A DNA stretch of 64,000 bases, taken from assembly GCF_047600905.1 (NCBI RefSeq), contig NZ_JASGKD010000001.1, forward strand, positions 3,033,949 through 3,097,948, in the 5' to 3' direction. Shown piece by piece: positions 1 through 9,865 of the stretch (position 1 is the first letter of the stretch; each line of letters starts with the position of its first letter). Position numbers and translations under genes: made by a program. Under the pieces are notes generated by a model. The model ran no database searches, had not been told where the DNA came from, and saw only the letters and a list, made by a program, of their open reading frames with translations. Source of the DNA: Hyphomicrobium sp. (GTDB lineage: Bacteria; Pseudomonadota; Alphaproteobacteria; Rhizobiales; Hyphomicrobiaceae).

Positions 1-14
1 GAGCGATATAGAGG

Positions 15-1016
15 GTGCATAGAAAGGCAGCCCGAATGACTTTTTTGCGTGCGGTCGTCCGCTACGGCTACATCCCGTTCATGATGCTCGGCCTGACGAG
101 CGTGGCCTATTGGATCGTGAGCCAGCTTGTCGTCGCCGAGGGTAAGACCTGGGCGTACGCGCTGATCTTCCCGCTGCTGATTGCTGCTTATGCAACTTCG
201 CTCCTTGCCGAGCGGATCCTGCCGTACTTCCCGGAGTGGAACGACCACGACTCCCACGGCGACATGCTGACGAATACCGGCCATATCGCGCTTTACGAAT
301 TGGGCGCGATCAATGGCGTGCTGCTGATCCCGGTGATCTGCTGGCTGTTCCCGTTCCAGGGCCTGTGGCCGACGCACTGGCCGATGTGGGGCCAGGTGCT
401 GATCGCGTTCCTGGTCGCCGATTTCGCGTTCATGTTCATGCACTACCTCAGCCATCGCCTGCCGTCGCTGTGGCGGCTGCATGCGGTGCATCACGGTGTC
501 GGGCGGCTCTATGGCTATAACGGCGTCATCCGCCATCCGCTGCACCAGGCGATCGACATGATCGTCGGCAACATGCCGCTGGTGATCATCGGCATGCCGC
601 CTTCGGTCGCCGTGGTGCTGGGCTTCGTCATCTCGGTGACGCTGATCGTGCAGCATTCGAACGTCGATGCGCGCGTCGGACCGCTGGAAAAGATCTTCGC
701 GATTGGCCGCGTGCATCACCTGCATCACGTCAACTGGGGCACGGAAGGCGATTGCAACTTCGGGCTACTGTTGAATGTGTGGGACCGTCTGTTCGGGACC
801 TATACCGAGAAGCTGTCGCGCGAAGTGACGTCGAAGGACATGGGTGTCGACGAGCTGCCGAACTTCCCGAAGAGCCTTTGGGAGCAGCTGATCCTGCCGT
901 GGGTTTATGTGCCCGGCAAAGGCGAGCCGGAGCGCTACAAGAAGATGGCGGCAGCGGCCAAGGCCAAGACGCCGGCGCAGGAAGCCCGCGAGCAGGTTCT
1001 GCACGCGGCGGAGTAA
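15..1016 (+). CDS. Sterol desaturase / fatty acid hydroxylase family membrane protein
   Basis: Hydrophobic protein with His clusters HYLSH, HAVHH and HHLHH and an NFG motif; alternative ATG start at 36. Confidence 0.85.
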   Translation: MHRKAARMTFLRAVVRYGYIPFMMLGLTSVAYWIVSQLVVAEGKTWAYALIFPLLIAAYATSLLAERILPYFPEWNDHDSHGDMLTNTGHIALYELGAINGVLLIPVICWLFPFQGLWPTHWPMWGQVLIAFLVADFAFMFMHYLSHRLPSLWRLHAVHHGVGRLYGYNGVIRHPLHQAIDMIVGNMPLVIIGMPPSVAVVLGFVISVTLIVQHSNVDARVGPLEKIFAIGRVHHLHHVNWGTEGDCNFGLLLNVWDRLFGTYTEKLSREVTSKDMGVDELPNFPKSLWEQLILPWVYVPGKGEPERYKKMAAAAKAKTPAQEAREQVLHAAE

Positions 1017-1080
1017 GCTCTTTGAGTGCAGGCGCCCCCGCACCCAGACAACGATCTACAAAATCGCAGCCGATGCCTGC

Positions 1081-1107
1081 ATGGATCCCGGCCTCCGCCG
1101 GGATGAC
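1081..1107. repeat. REP-like palindromic repeat (right half), alphaproteobacterial GTCATCCCGG-type
   Basis: ATGGATCCCGGCCTCCGCCGGGATGAC; its reverse complement matches 59475-59500 at 22 of 26 positions. Confidence 0.75.
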
Positions 1108-1137
1108 GGTGAGAATAGATCGCGGCTAAGGACGGTC

Positions 1138-1153
1138 GTTTTCACGTGAATCA
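1138..1153. promoter_or_regulatory. parS-like site
   Basis: GTTTTCACGTGAATCA, 13/16 match to consensus TGTTTCACGTGAAACA; intergenic, near candidate oriC. Confidence 0.6.
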
Positions 1154-1176
1154 GTTGTAGACGCGACAGCTTTGCT

Positions 1177-1258
1177 GTCATCCTCGGGTTCGTCCCGAGG
1201 ATCCGTTCTTCATCCGGAAAGCAGGCCGATCAGTCCTCGGCATAAAGCCGAGGATGAC
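1177..1258. repeat. REP/MITE-like double-hairpin element
   Basis: 11-bp terminal inverted repeats GTCATCCTCGG/CCGAGGATGAC enclosing two hairpins (ATCCTCGGG-TTCGT-CCCGAGGAT; TCCTCGGC-ATAAA-GCCGAGGA), between convergent genes. Confidence 0.8.
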
Positions 1259-1275
1259 ATTCGGTCGGACGAGCC

Positions 1276-2541
1276 TCAGGTGTTCATCGACTGGAAGAAC
1301 TCGCCGTTGGTCTTGGTCGAGCGCAGCTTGTCGATGAGGAACTCGATGCCATCCATCGTCCCCATCGGGTTCAAGATGCGGCGAAGCACGTAGACCTTCT
1401 TGAGCTGGTCCTTCGGAATGAGCAGGTCTTCCTTGCGGGTGCCCGAGCGGGCGACGTCGATCGCCGGGAAGACGCGCTTGTCGGAGACCTTGCGGTCGAG
1501 GATGATTTCCGAGTTACCGGTGCCCTTGAACTCTTCGAAGATGACTTCATCCATGCGCGACCCGGTATCGACCAGCGCCGTCGCGATGATGGTCAGCGAG
1601 CCGCCTTCCTCGATGTTGCGGGCCGCACCGAAGAAACGTTTCGGGCGCTGCAGGGCGTTGGAATCGACGCCGCCGGTCAGAACCTTGCCGGATGACGGCA
1701 CAACCGTGTTGTAGGCGCGGCCCAGACGCGTGATCGAATCCAGAAGAATGATGACGTCCCTCTTATGCTCAACGAGACGCTTAGCCTTCTCGATGACCAT
1801 TTCCGAGACTTGGACGTGGCGCGAGGGCGGCTCGTCGAACGTCGAAGAGATGACCTCGCCTTTCACCGAGCGCTGCATGTCGGTGACTTCTTCCGGGCGT
1901 TCGTCGATCAGGAGAACGATCAGGTAGCATTCGGGATGATTGACGGAGATCGAATGGGCGATGTTCTGCAAGAGAACCGTCTTACCGGTTCTGGGCGGCG
2001 CCACGATCAATCCGCGCTGGCCTTTGCCGATGGGCGAGACGATGTCGATGACGCGGGGCGACAGGTCCTTGATGGTCGGGTCTTCGATTTCGAGCTTCAG
2101 CCACTTGGTCGGATAGAGCGGCGTCAGGTTGTCGAAGTGGCTCTTGTGCTTCGTCTTCTCGGGGTCTTCGAAATTGATGTTCGAGACTTTGAGCAGGGCG
2201 AAGTAGCGTTCGCCGTCTTTCGGCGAGCGGATCTGACCTTCGACGGTGTCGCCGGTGCGAAGCGCAAAACGGCGGATCTGCGATGGTGAAACGTAGATGT
2301 CGTCGGGACCGGGAAGGTAGTTGGCTTCCGGCGATCTCAGGAAGCCGAAGCCGTCCTGCAGAACTTCGACGACACCCGTCGCGGTGATTTCGGTCTCTTG
2401 GGTCGCGAGCTGTTTCAGCGTCGCGAACATCAGTTCCTGCTTGCGCAAGGTCGAGGCATTCTCGACACCGGCCTCTTCGGCGAAGGTGACGAGCTCGGCG
2501 GGAGACTTCCGCTTCAAGTCCTCGAGCTTCATTTGTTTCAT
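1276..2541 (-). CDS. rho: Transcription termination factor Rho
   Basis: DGFGFLR, DDIYVS, P-loop [17 protein letters not shown]; start taken at [10 protein letters not shown] rather than the ORF-track start 2580. Confidence 0.99.
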   Translation of the reverse strand: MKQMKLEDLKRKSPAELVTFAEEAGVENASTLRKQELMFATLKQLATQETEITATGVVEVLQDGFGFLRSPEANYLPGPDDIYVSPSQIRRFALRTGDTVEGQIRSPKDGERYFALLKVSNINFEDPEKTKHKSHFDNLTPLYPTKWLKLEIEDPTIKDLSPRVIDIVSPIGKGQRGLIVAPPRTGKTVLLQNIAHSISVNHPECYLIVLLIDERPEEVTDMQRSVKGEVISSTFDEPPSRHVQVSEMVIEKAKRLVEHKRDVIILLDSITRLGRAYNTVVPSSGKVLTGGVDSNALQRPKRFFGAARNIEEGGSLTIIATALVDTGSRMDEVIFEEFKGTGNSEIILDRKVSDKRVFPAIDVARSGTRKEDLLIPKDQLKKVYVLRRILNPMGTMDGIEFLIDKLRSTKTNGEFFQSMNT

Positions 2542-2746
2542 TGAAAAAGAACTCCACGGAGCGCCGCATATCAGCGGCATCGGGTGGTGAGGTGGGGTGA
2601 ATTAGCCTGGCATAACGGCGACGAGGCGGGCGCCCCGTCATAGACCCAGCGAGCGTTGACGTATCGAAACGTCGAAACGTGCCGTCTGCCAAAATCCTTA
2701 TGAGGACTTCATTCCTATAGCAGATCGGCGGCGGCGTGAAAAGGCG

Positions 2747-3274
2747 TCAAAAAGGCTTTACAATCACAAGGATGACAATGCCGATCATCAGCACGGTCGG
2801 GATCTCGTTGACGATTCGCCAATGTCGGGCAGGCTTCGTGTTCCGGTCGTCGTGGAAGGCTCGGGTCGCTGCGGACAGATAGCCATGCAACCCGGACATC
2901 GCAAGGACGAGCGCCAACTTTAAATGAAACCAGGGGGCTGCCCAGAAGCCGCCCTGCCAAGCGAGCCAAAGGCCCAGTACCCACGTCACGTTCATCGCAG
3001 GAGTGGTGATGATGTTGAGAAGGCGCGCCTCCATCACCTTGAAAGTCTCAGACTGAGGAGAACCTATTGGAACGTCGGCGTGATAGACGAAAAGGCGCGG
3101 CAGATAGAGCATGCCGGCCATCCACGAGATGACGGCGATGATGTGAAAGGCCTTGATCCAGGGATAAGCGCCGTCGCCGAGCATCAGCGTCAAGATTGCA
3201 ACGGCAATGGCCGCGATTGCCGGGGCGCCAACGATCCGCACGATGGCCGGCGTGGTCTCGAACTGATCCGACAT
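2747..3274 (-). CDS. hemJ: Protoporphyrinogen oxidase HemJ
   Basis: KAFHIIAVISWMAGMLYLPRLFVYH and NEIPT motifs; follows hemE. Confidence 0.95.
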   Translation of the reverse strand: MSDQFETTPAIVRIVGAPAIAAIAVAILTLMLGDGAYPWIKAFHIIAVISWMAGMLYLPRLFVYHADVPIGSPQSETFKVMEARLLNIITTPAMNVTWVLGLWLAWQGGFWAAPWFHLKLALVLAMSGLHGYLSAATRAFHDDRNTKPARHWRIVNEIPTVLMIGIVILVIVKPF

Positions 3275-3278
3275 GCAT

Positions 3279-4334
3279 TCAGCTCCGCGGCGCGCGCACG
3301 CGCGTAACAAGGCGCGCGACATTTTCAGGCGGCGTTTCCGGCACGATGCCGTGGCCGAGGTTGAACACGAACGGCAGGCCCGTCATCGCGGCGCAGATGG
3401 CGTCGGTGCGTTTATCCAACGCTTCGCCGCCGGCGACGAGCAGAAGCGGATCGAGATTGCCCTGAACGGCTTTGCCCGTTCTTGCGATCGCCTGCATCAC
3501 CTGCAGCGGACAGGAGGTGTCGCAGCTGACGCCATCGACGTCGGTTCCGTCGATGTAGGTTTTGAGAAGTGCGGAGGCGCCGCGCGGAAATCCGATCACT
3601 GGAATATCGGCATGGCGCTTGCGGATTTCTTTGACGATGCGCGCCGTCGGCGCAATGACCCAGCGCGCGAATTGATCGTCTGCGAGACTGCCGGCCCAGC
3701 TGTCGAAAATCTGGATGGCTTCGGCGCCAGCTTCAATCTGGGCTGAGAGATAGGCGACAGAGGCTTCGGTCAGAATGTCGATGAGGGCGGAAAAACCGGC
3801 AGGATCGCGATAAGCCCAACTGCGCGCCGCCGCCTGATCGGACGAGCCTTTGCCCTCGGCCATGTATGTCGCGACGGTCCATGGTGCTCCACAAAATCCG
3901 ATCAAAGCCGTTTCACGCGGCAACGATTTGCTCAGCCGATCGACGGTTTCGCAAACGCGCGCAAATTTGTCGTGTGTGTTCGATAGGGCGAGTCGGGAGA
4001 GGTCGGCAACGGATTTCAACGGATCAAGACGCGGGCCTTCGCCTTCGGCGAAGCGAACCGATTGGCCCAACGCATCCGGCACGACGAGAATATCGGAAAA
4101 CAGGATCGCGGCATCGAAGCCGTAACGGCGGATCGGCTGCAGCGTTACTTCGGCGGCGAGCTTGGGCGAATAGCACAGATCGAGGAAGCTGCCGGCCTCG
4201 GCTCGGACTTTGCGATATTCCGGCAGGTAGCGGCCGGCCTGGCGCATTAGCCAGATGGGAGGGGGTGAGACGGCCTTGCGTGCAAACGGTTGCAGAAAGC
4301 GCTTTGTGAGCTGATCGGTTTTCAGGTCCTGCAC
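3279..4334 (-). CDS. hemE: Uroporphyrinogen decarboxylase
   Basis: [26 protein letters not shown]; GTG start at 4334 with purine-rich RBS. Confidence 0.98.
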   Translation of the reverse strand: MQDLKTDQLTKRFLQPFARKAVSPPPIWLMRQAGRYLPEYRKVRAEAGSFLDLCYSPKLAAEVTLQPIRRYGFDAAILFSDILVVPDALGQSVRFAEGEGPRLDPLKSVADLSRLALSNTHDKFARVCETVDRLSKSLPRETALIGFCGAPWTVATYMAEGKGSSDQAAARSWAYRDPAGFSALIDILTEASVAYLSAQIEAGAEAIQIFDSWAGSLADDQFARWVIAPTARIVKEIRKRHADIPVIGFPRGASALLKTYIDGTDVDGVSCDTSCPLQVMQAIARTGKAVQGNLDPLLLVAGGEALDKRTDAICAAMTGLPFVFNLGHGIVPETPPENVARLVTRVRAPRS

Positions 4335-4785
4335 CGTCGAACTTCCCTTCACTTCAAATCAGATAAGTTTTCTTGAAGGTTATTTTTTTGACTCTTAGGC
4401 CAGGGGGCATCGGGGATCATGCAAAAGTCCACAGACGCTCCACAGGCTATGCAGTCGCCGGATCGTGTAGCACGAGCCGTAGCGTTTGTAGCGCGGGGCA
4501 CGCAATAGGGTCGCAAGTGCACCGTTAATCAAGGGCTTGCGGCCGATATGCGCCGTCAACTCGAGAGCACGTCCTGTTAAGAACGGTGAGACAAGTCGCG
4601 GAGAAGAAGGTTGTTCCTTTGGACGGCCATGTGCTGAACAACATCTTTCCCTTTTGCCAGGATGTGGGTATCGCCGTGGGCTGGGGGATGGTTGTTCTCT
4701 CAACCTTGGGCCGATCCACCGGCCCTGGGGGTAACTTCGAAGTTTTGAACATGCCGCCGCGCGTCCCGCGCAAGAGATATTCGCC
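4335..4785. other. Candidate chromosomal replication origin (oriC)
   Basis: 450-bp gap between divergent hemE and DUF299 gene, the known origin locus in several Alphaproteobacteria; AT-rich tract about 4352-4396; only degenerate DnaA-box-like 9-mers. Confidence 0.6.
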
Positions 4786-5637
4786 ATGACGCTGCCTTCG
4801 CTCTTTCACATGCACCTCGTCTCGGATTCGACGGGCGAAACGTTGGCGGCGATCGCGAAAGCGGCAACCGTGCAGTATCAGAACATTCGCGCCATCGAGC
4901 ATGTTCACCCGCTCGTCAGAACGCAGCGGCAACTGAAGCGCGTGCTGGTCGATATCGAGCATGAACCGGGAATCGTTCTTTATACGATCGTCAACACCGC
5001 TCTTGCCGTCGAACTTGAAGAGCATTGCCAGCGGCTGAAAATTCCCTGCCTTGCGGTGCTGCAGCCGATCATGAAGATCTTCGAGAGCTATCTGGGCGCG
5101 CCGTCGACGCCGACGGTCGCTGGTCAGCATGTGCTCGACGCCGATTATTTTCGCCGCATCGATGCGATGAATTTCACGATGGCGCACGACGACGGCCGCC
5201 TGCCCGACAACCTCAGCGACGCCGACATCGTGCTGCTCGGAATTTCGCGCACGTCGAAGACTCCAACGTCGCTCTATCTGGCGCAGCGCGGATACAAGAC
5301 GACGAACCTGCCGCTGGTGCCGCAAGTGCCGCTGCCGGAGCAGCTTCTGCACCCGCATACGGCGTTCGTCGTTTGCCTGATTGCCAATGTCGATCGCATC
5401 GCCGACGTCCGGCGCAATCGCGCGATCCTGATGGCCGATCGCGATCTCGAAACCTACGTCGATCGCGATACGATTTCGGCCGAGATCGCCTACACGCGCA
5501 AGCTCGCGGCACAGCACGGCTGGCCGATCATCGACGTGACGCGGCGCTCGATCGAGGAATCGGCGACGATGATCCTGAAGCTGTTGCAGGACAGGAAGTC
5601 CGGAACGGGCGCGGAGGCGGAGCCGAGCAATGCCTGA
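4786..5637 (+). CDS. Pyruvate, water dikinase regulatory protein (kinase/pyrophosphorylase, DUF299)
   Basis: HLVSDSTGET, RRIDAMNFTMAHDDG, GISRTSKTPTSLYLA. Confidence 0.95.
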   Translation: MTLPSLFHMHLVSDSTGETLAAIAKAATVQYQNIRAIEHVHPLVRTQRQLKRVLVDIEHEPGIVLYTIVNTALAVELEEHCQRLKIPCLAVLQPIMKIFESYLGAPSTPTVAGQHVLDADYFRRIDAMNFTMAHDDGRLPDNLSDADIVLLGISRTSKTPTSLYLAQRGYKTTNLPLVPQVPLPEQLLHPHTAFVVCLIANVDRIADVRRNRAILMADRDLETYVDRDTISAEIAYTRKLAAQHGWPIIDVTRRSIEESATMILKLLQDRKSGTGAEAEPSNA

Positions 5638-6241
5638 GACGACGCGGCTTGTGCTCGCATCGGGAAGCGCGGCACGCAAGGCACTGCTGGAAGCGGCCGG
5701 ATTGGCCTTCGACGTGATCCCGGCCAACATCGACGAAGAAGCCATCCGCAACGACATCCTTGAAAAGACATCGGGTGCGGAAGCCGGCGACATCGCGAGC
5801 GTGCTGGCGGCGGAAAAAGCCCGCGTCGTGTCGGTGCTCCATCCCTCAGCGCTGGTGATCGGCGCCGACCAGGTGCTCGTTCTCGGCGGCAAGATCTTTT
5901 CGAAAGCGCAGACGCTCAAGGAAGCGCGCGAGCATCTCACCATGCTGAGGGGCCGCACGCATGATCTCGTTTCTGCCGTGGCGCTGGCGCGGAATGGAAA
6001 CGTGCATTGGCAGAGGGCCGCGATGGCCGGAATGTCGGTGCGCGATTTTTCCGATGAGTTCCTCGGCACCTATCTCGAACGCATGGGCGCGAGGGCGCTC
6101 GCGAGCGTCGGGTGCTACGAACTCGAAGGGGAGGGTGTGCAACTGTTCGAACGGATCGAGGGCGATTATTTCACCATCCTCGGCATTCCGCTGCTGCCTT
6201 TGCTTCAGCGGCTGCGCGACGAAGAGATGATCACGGCATGA
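5630..6241 (+). CDS. maf: Maf-family nucleoside triphosphate pyrophosphatase
   Basis: LVLASGS..R, GADQ, GCYELEG, YFTILGIPL. Confidence 0.95.
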   Translation: MPETTRLVLASGSAARKALLEAAGLAFDVIPANIDEEAIRNDILEKTSGAEAGDIASVLAAEKARVVSVLHPSALVIGADQVLVLGGKIFSKAQTLKEAREHLTMLRGRTHDLVSAVALARNGNVHWQRAAMAGMSVRDFSDEFLGTYLERMGARALASVGCYELEGEGVQLFERIEGDYFTILGIPLLPLLQRLRDEEMITA

Positions 6242-7068
6242 AGCGGGCGTGTGTCATCGGCTGGCCGATCGCGCATTCGCGCTCGCCCCTGATCCATGGC
6301 TATTGGCTGCGCAAATACGGGATCGACGGCAGCTATACGAAAGAGCCGGTGCGGCCGGAGGATCTGTCGGAATTTCTGTCGACGCTGCAGAAGCGCGGCT
6401 TTTCCGGGTGCAACGTCACGGTTCCGCATAAAGAAGCGGCATTTGCCGCGGCCAAAGCTCGTGCGCCTTCGGCAATCGCGGTGGGCGCCGCCAATACGCT
6501 TTGGTTCGAGGACGGCCAACTCGCGTGCGCCAACACCGACACCTACGGCTTTATCGCGAACCTCGATCAGAAGGCGCCTGAATGGCGAAGCATCTCCGGT
6601 CCGGCGTTGGTGCTTGGATCGGGCGGCTCGGCGCGTGCTGTCGTTCACGGGTTGCTGGACAGTGGACGGACGGACGTTCGCGTTTTCAATCGCACGCTCG
6701 AGCGGGCGGAGGATATCGCGCGGCACTTCGGCGCACACGTATCGGCTTGGGCCTGGAGCGACCGCAACGCGCATGTCGCCGGCGCGGCACTTATCGTTAA
6801 TACAACGACGCTCGGAATGAACGGTGTCGGCGATCCGGGTATCGACTTTAACCACGCGAGCAAGAAAACGATCGTTACGGATCTCGTTTACGTCCCGTTG
6901 GAAACTGCGCTCCTAAGGTCGGTCCGCACGCATGGATTGGTGGGGGTCGATGGTCTCGGCATGCTGCTGCATCAGGCTGTTCCCGGATTCGAAAAGTGGT
7001 TCGGAATTCGGCCTGAGGTTTGTTCCGAGCTTTATGACCTCGTTGCTGAGAACATTCGCGGATCATGA
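6238..7068 (+). CDS. aroE: Shikimate dehydrogenase
   Basis: IAHSRSP, NVTVPHK, GAANTL, NTD, GSGGSAR, GLGMLLHQA; ATG overlaps maf stop. Confidence 0.97.
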   Translation: MKRACVIGWPIAHSRSPLIHGYWLRKYGIDGSYTKEPVRPEDLSEFLSTLQKRGFSGCNVTVPHKEAAFAAAKARAPSAIAVGAANTLWFEDGQLACANTDTYGFIANLDQKAPEWRSISGPALVLGSGGSARAVVHGLLDSGRTDVRVFNRTLERAEDIARHFGAHVSAWAWSDRNAHVAGAALIVNTTTLGMNGVGDPGIDFNHASKKTIVTDLVYVPLETALLRSVRTHGLVGVDGLGMLLHQAVPGFEKWFGIRPEVCSELYDLVAENIRGS

Positions 7069-7685
7069 TGCTAATCGTTGGATTGACCGGGTCGATCGGT
7101 ATGGGCAAATCGACCGCGGCGGCACGTTTTCGCGCGCGGGGCATCGGCGTTTTCGACGCTGACGCCGAAGTGCACCGACTTTATGCCGGTCCGTTGGCCG
7201 AGGAGATCGAGCGGGCCTTTCCCGGATCGCTGACAGAAGGCGCGGTCGATCGCGGCAAGCTCGCCGAGCATGTCATTCGATCGCCGCACCGGTTCAAGGA
7301 ACTCGAAGCGATCGTGCATCCGCGCGTTCACGCTGCAGAGCGGGCGTTCCTGCAAGCCGAGCAGGCGAACGGCGCGTCGCTGGCGGTGCTTGAAATTCCG
7401 CTCTTCCTTGAAGGCGGACGCGACGAGCATGTCGATGCGATCGTGGTGGTGACGGCATCGCCGGAGATTCAAAGAGAGCGCGTTCTCAGCCGCGCCGGCA
7501 TGACGGAAGAAAAGTTCAAGGCAATCGTTGCCCGCCAAATTACGGAAGCGGAAAAGAAAGTGCGCGCCGATTTCGTTGTGGACACGAGCGGATCGATTGA
7601 AAGCTGCAACAGCCAAATCGACGTCATCATCGCTAAACTTCCGGCCTTGAGCGCCACGGCTTACGAGGAATTCTGGCGCGACTAA
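7065..7685 (+). CDS. coaE: Dephospho-CoA kinase
   Basis: GLTGSIGMGKST, LEAIVHP, LEIPL. Confidence 0.97.
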   Translation: MMLIVGLTGSIGMGKSTAAARFRARGIGVFDADAEVHRLYAGPLAEEIERAFPGSLTEGAVDRGKLAEHVIRSPHRFKELEAIVHPRVHAAERAFLQAEQANGASLAVLEIPLFLEGGRDEHVDAIVVVTASPEIQRERVLSRAGMTEEKFKAIVARQITEAEKKVRADFVVDTSGSIESCNSQIDVIIAKLPALSATAYEEFWRD

Positions 7686-7705
7686 CGAGGGCGCGGGGAA
7701 CAGCG

Positions 7706-8407
7706 ATGCGCGAGATCGTATTCGACACCGAAACGACGGGGCTTGATCCGAAAACCGGGCACCGTCTGATCGAATTCGGCGGCGTCGAGATGATCAACCG
7801 GATTCCGACGGGACGGGAATTCCATCGTTTCATCAATCCGCAGCGCGACGTGCCGCGAGAGGCGCAGGAAATCCACGGCATCACGACCGAATCCCTGATC
7901 GGCAAGCCGCTTTTCAAGGACGTCGTGCAAGAGCTGCTCGAATTTCTGGGCGACGATGTTCTCGTCGCGCACAACGCCCAGTTCGATATCACGTTCATCA
8001 ACTATGAGCTGCAGCTCGTCGGGCAAAAGCCGATCAGCTTCGATCGCGTCGTCGATACGCTCGCGATCGCGCGGCGGAAGCATCCGGCCGGGCCGAACAC
8101 GCTCGATGCGCTGTGCAAACGTTATTTCATCGATAATTCCCAGCGCACCAAGCACGGCGCGTTGGTCGACAGCTGGCTGCTGGCGGAAGTCTATGTCGAA
8201 CTGCTGGGTGAGCGGCAGGCGACATTCGGGCTGCAAACGAACGGTGCGAAGTCAGCGACCGAGCGGAGGGCTGGCGCCGGCCGCACGATCGGATTGCAGC
8301 GACCGGAGCCGCTGCCGTCGCGCATTGCCGACGCTGATGTCGAAGCGCACAAGGCATTCGTCGAGTTCGATGAAGACACCGGCGCTGTGGATCAGCTTCT
8401 GGGATAA
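7706..8407 (+). CDS. dnaQ: DNA polymerase III epsilon subunit (apparent +1 frameshift near the C-terminus; corrected end 8420)
   Basis: FDTETTGL, VAHNAQFD, HGALVDS; see frameshift finding. Confidence 0.95.
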   Translation: MREIVFDTETTGLDPKTGHRLIEFGGVEMINRIPTGREFHRFINPQRDVPREAQEIHGITTESLIGKPLFKDVVQELLEFLGDDVLVAHNAQFDITFINYELQLVGQKPISFDRVVDTLAIARRKHPAGPNTLDALCKRYFIDNSQRTKHGALVDSWLLAEVYVELLGERQATFGLQTNGAKSATERRAGAGRTIGLQRPEPLPSRIADADVEAHKAFVEFDEDTGAVDQLLG

Positions 8408-8438
8408 ATCGACGGCCTGATAATTCCGGGCTCGCGAC

Positions 8439-8933
8439 TTAAGCGACGGATTTTCCGGCTTGTTGCGCCTGCTGGCGCTGACGCTGCATGTAAAGTCCGC
8501 CGAAATCGATCGGATCGAGAAGCAGCGGTGGGAAGCCGCCTTCGCGCGTGATGTCGGCAACGAGGCGGCGCAGGAACGGGAAAATCATCGCCGGTCCGGA
8601 GATCAAGAGGAACGGCTCGAGTGCGCCTTCCGGAATGCTTTCGATTTTCAACAGCCCGGCATAGATCGTCTCGAGGACGTAAATCGTGCCGAGGTTGTTC
8701 GTGGCGGTGGCTTTGAAGGCGATCGAGGTTTCGTAGAGATCGCTCTCGATGTGCTGGGCGCCGACGTTGACCTCGACCTGAATGCTCGGCTGAGTGCCGG
8801 CGCCGGAGATGAGCTTATGGACGTTCGGATTTTCGAACGAAAGATCCTTGATGTACTGATTGACGATCTTGGCCTGGATCGGGACCTGGGCGCCTGCTGC
8901 GGCACCGTTTCCGTTGCTGTCCTTGTCGGCCAT
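8439..8933 (-). CDS. secB: Protein-export chaperone SecB
   Basis: QYIKDLSFENP, FPFLR, GGFPPLLLDPIDF. Confidence 0.97.
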   Translation of the reverse strand: MADKDSNGNGAAAGAQVPIQAKIVNQYIKDLSFENPNVHKLISGAGTQPSIQVEVNVGAQHIESDLYETSIAFKATATNNLGTIYVLETIYAGLLKIESIPEGALEPFLLISGPAMIFPFLRRLVADITREGGFPPLLLDPIDFGGLYMQRQRQQAQQAGKSVA

Positions 8934-9044
8934 GACCGTCCCTTCAAAGTCTCATGTTGTGCGAAGCTTTTTGTGGCGGGTCGCTAGCACGTCAATCCGG
9001 CAGGCGCAATGGAGCGGGTTCCCGCCCGACCGGTGATAATGTGC

Positions 9045-9575
9045 TTACGAACGGGAGCGGCGCGGCTGTACGGCGCGGCCGGCCCGCAGCGGCCGCTCGC
9101 TGACGCGTTCGTATTCGCCTTCGATGATGACGCCTTCGGCTTCCGCGGGCGGAACGTCAGGCGCGGCGCGAAAGGTCTCGCGGCTGACCTCAGCCTGATA
9201 ATGAAACAGCGAGACGAGTTTCAGAAGGCCGGTGCGGATAACAAGGAGCCGCACCTGAGGCACCAAAAGAATGAGCCCGAAGATATCGGAAATGACGCCG
9301 GGAAAGATCAGAAGCAGGCCGGCCAGAACCTGCAGGAATCCATCGAACAGGGGAGAGAATCCCTCGCGATCCGATCCGAGCCGCGAAAGCGCCCTTTCGA
9401 AGACCGACATTCCGACGCGACGGATGACGAAGGTGCCGAGAATGACCGTGCCGATGATGATGGCGGCGAGCCACCAGATGCCGATGAGCTGCCCAAGCCG
9501 GATCAACAGCCCGATTTCCAGCAATGGAAGGGCTGCGAACGCAAGGATCAGGGCAATTTTCAAAGGTTGAGACAT
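9045..9575 (-). CDS. fxsA: FxsA family membrane protein
   Basis: PLLEIGLLI, LLIFPGVISD, C-terminal IIEGEY; upstream of secB as usual. Confidence 0.9.
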   Translation of the reverse strand: MSQPLKIALILAFAALPLLEIGLLIRLGQLIGIWWLAAIIIGTVILGTFVIRRVGMSVFERALSRLGSDREGFSPLFDGFLQVLAGLLLIFPGVISDIFGLILLVPQVRLLVIRTGLLKLVSLFHYQAEVSRETFRAAPDVPPAEAEGVIIEGEYERVSERPLRAGRAVQPRRSRS

Positions 9576-9865
9576 TTACTCTTGCCAAACTGTCGCGGCA
9601 CCTTAGCGTGGTTGCATGTCGCCAGCCACTCACCTTGCAGATGTTGGATCGGGCGTTTCAACACTTTTCACATGTCCTGGTCGGATAAGCTCGCAGGCTA
9701 GTTTCGGGCGCAATCGGCCGGAAGATGGGCGGAAGACGCGGAAATCTTAAGGTGCTATAGCACTGTCTTCAAATCGTCCGTCCGCGGGACTAGATACACT
9801 GGCAGGATAACGGGTGGTCCTCTGCCATTTTCACCCAGGCTTCACCGGAGGCGCCGACCTTTAGA

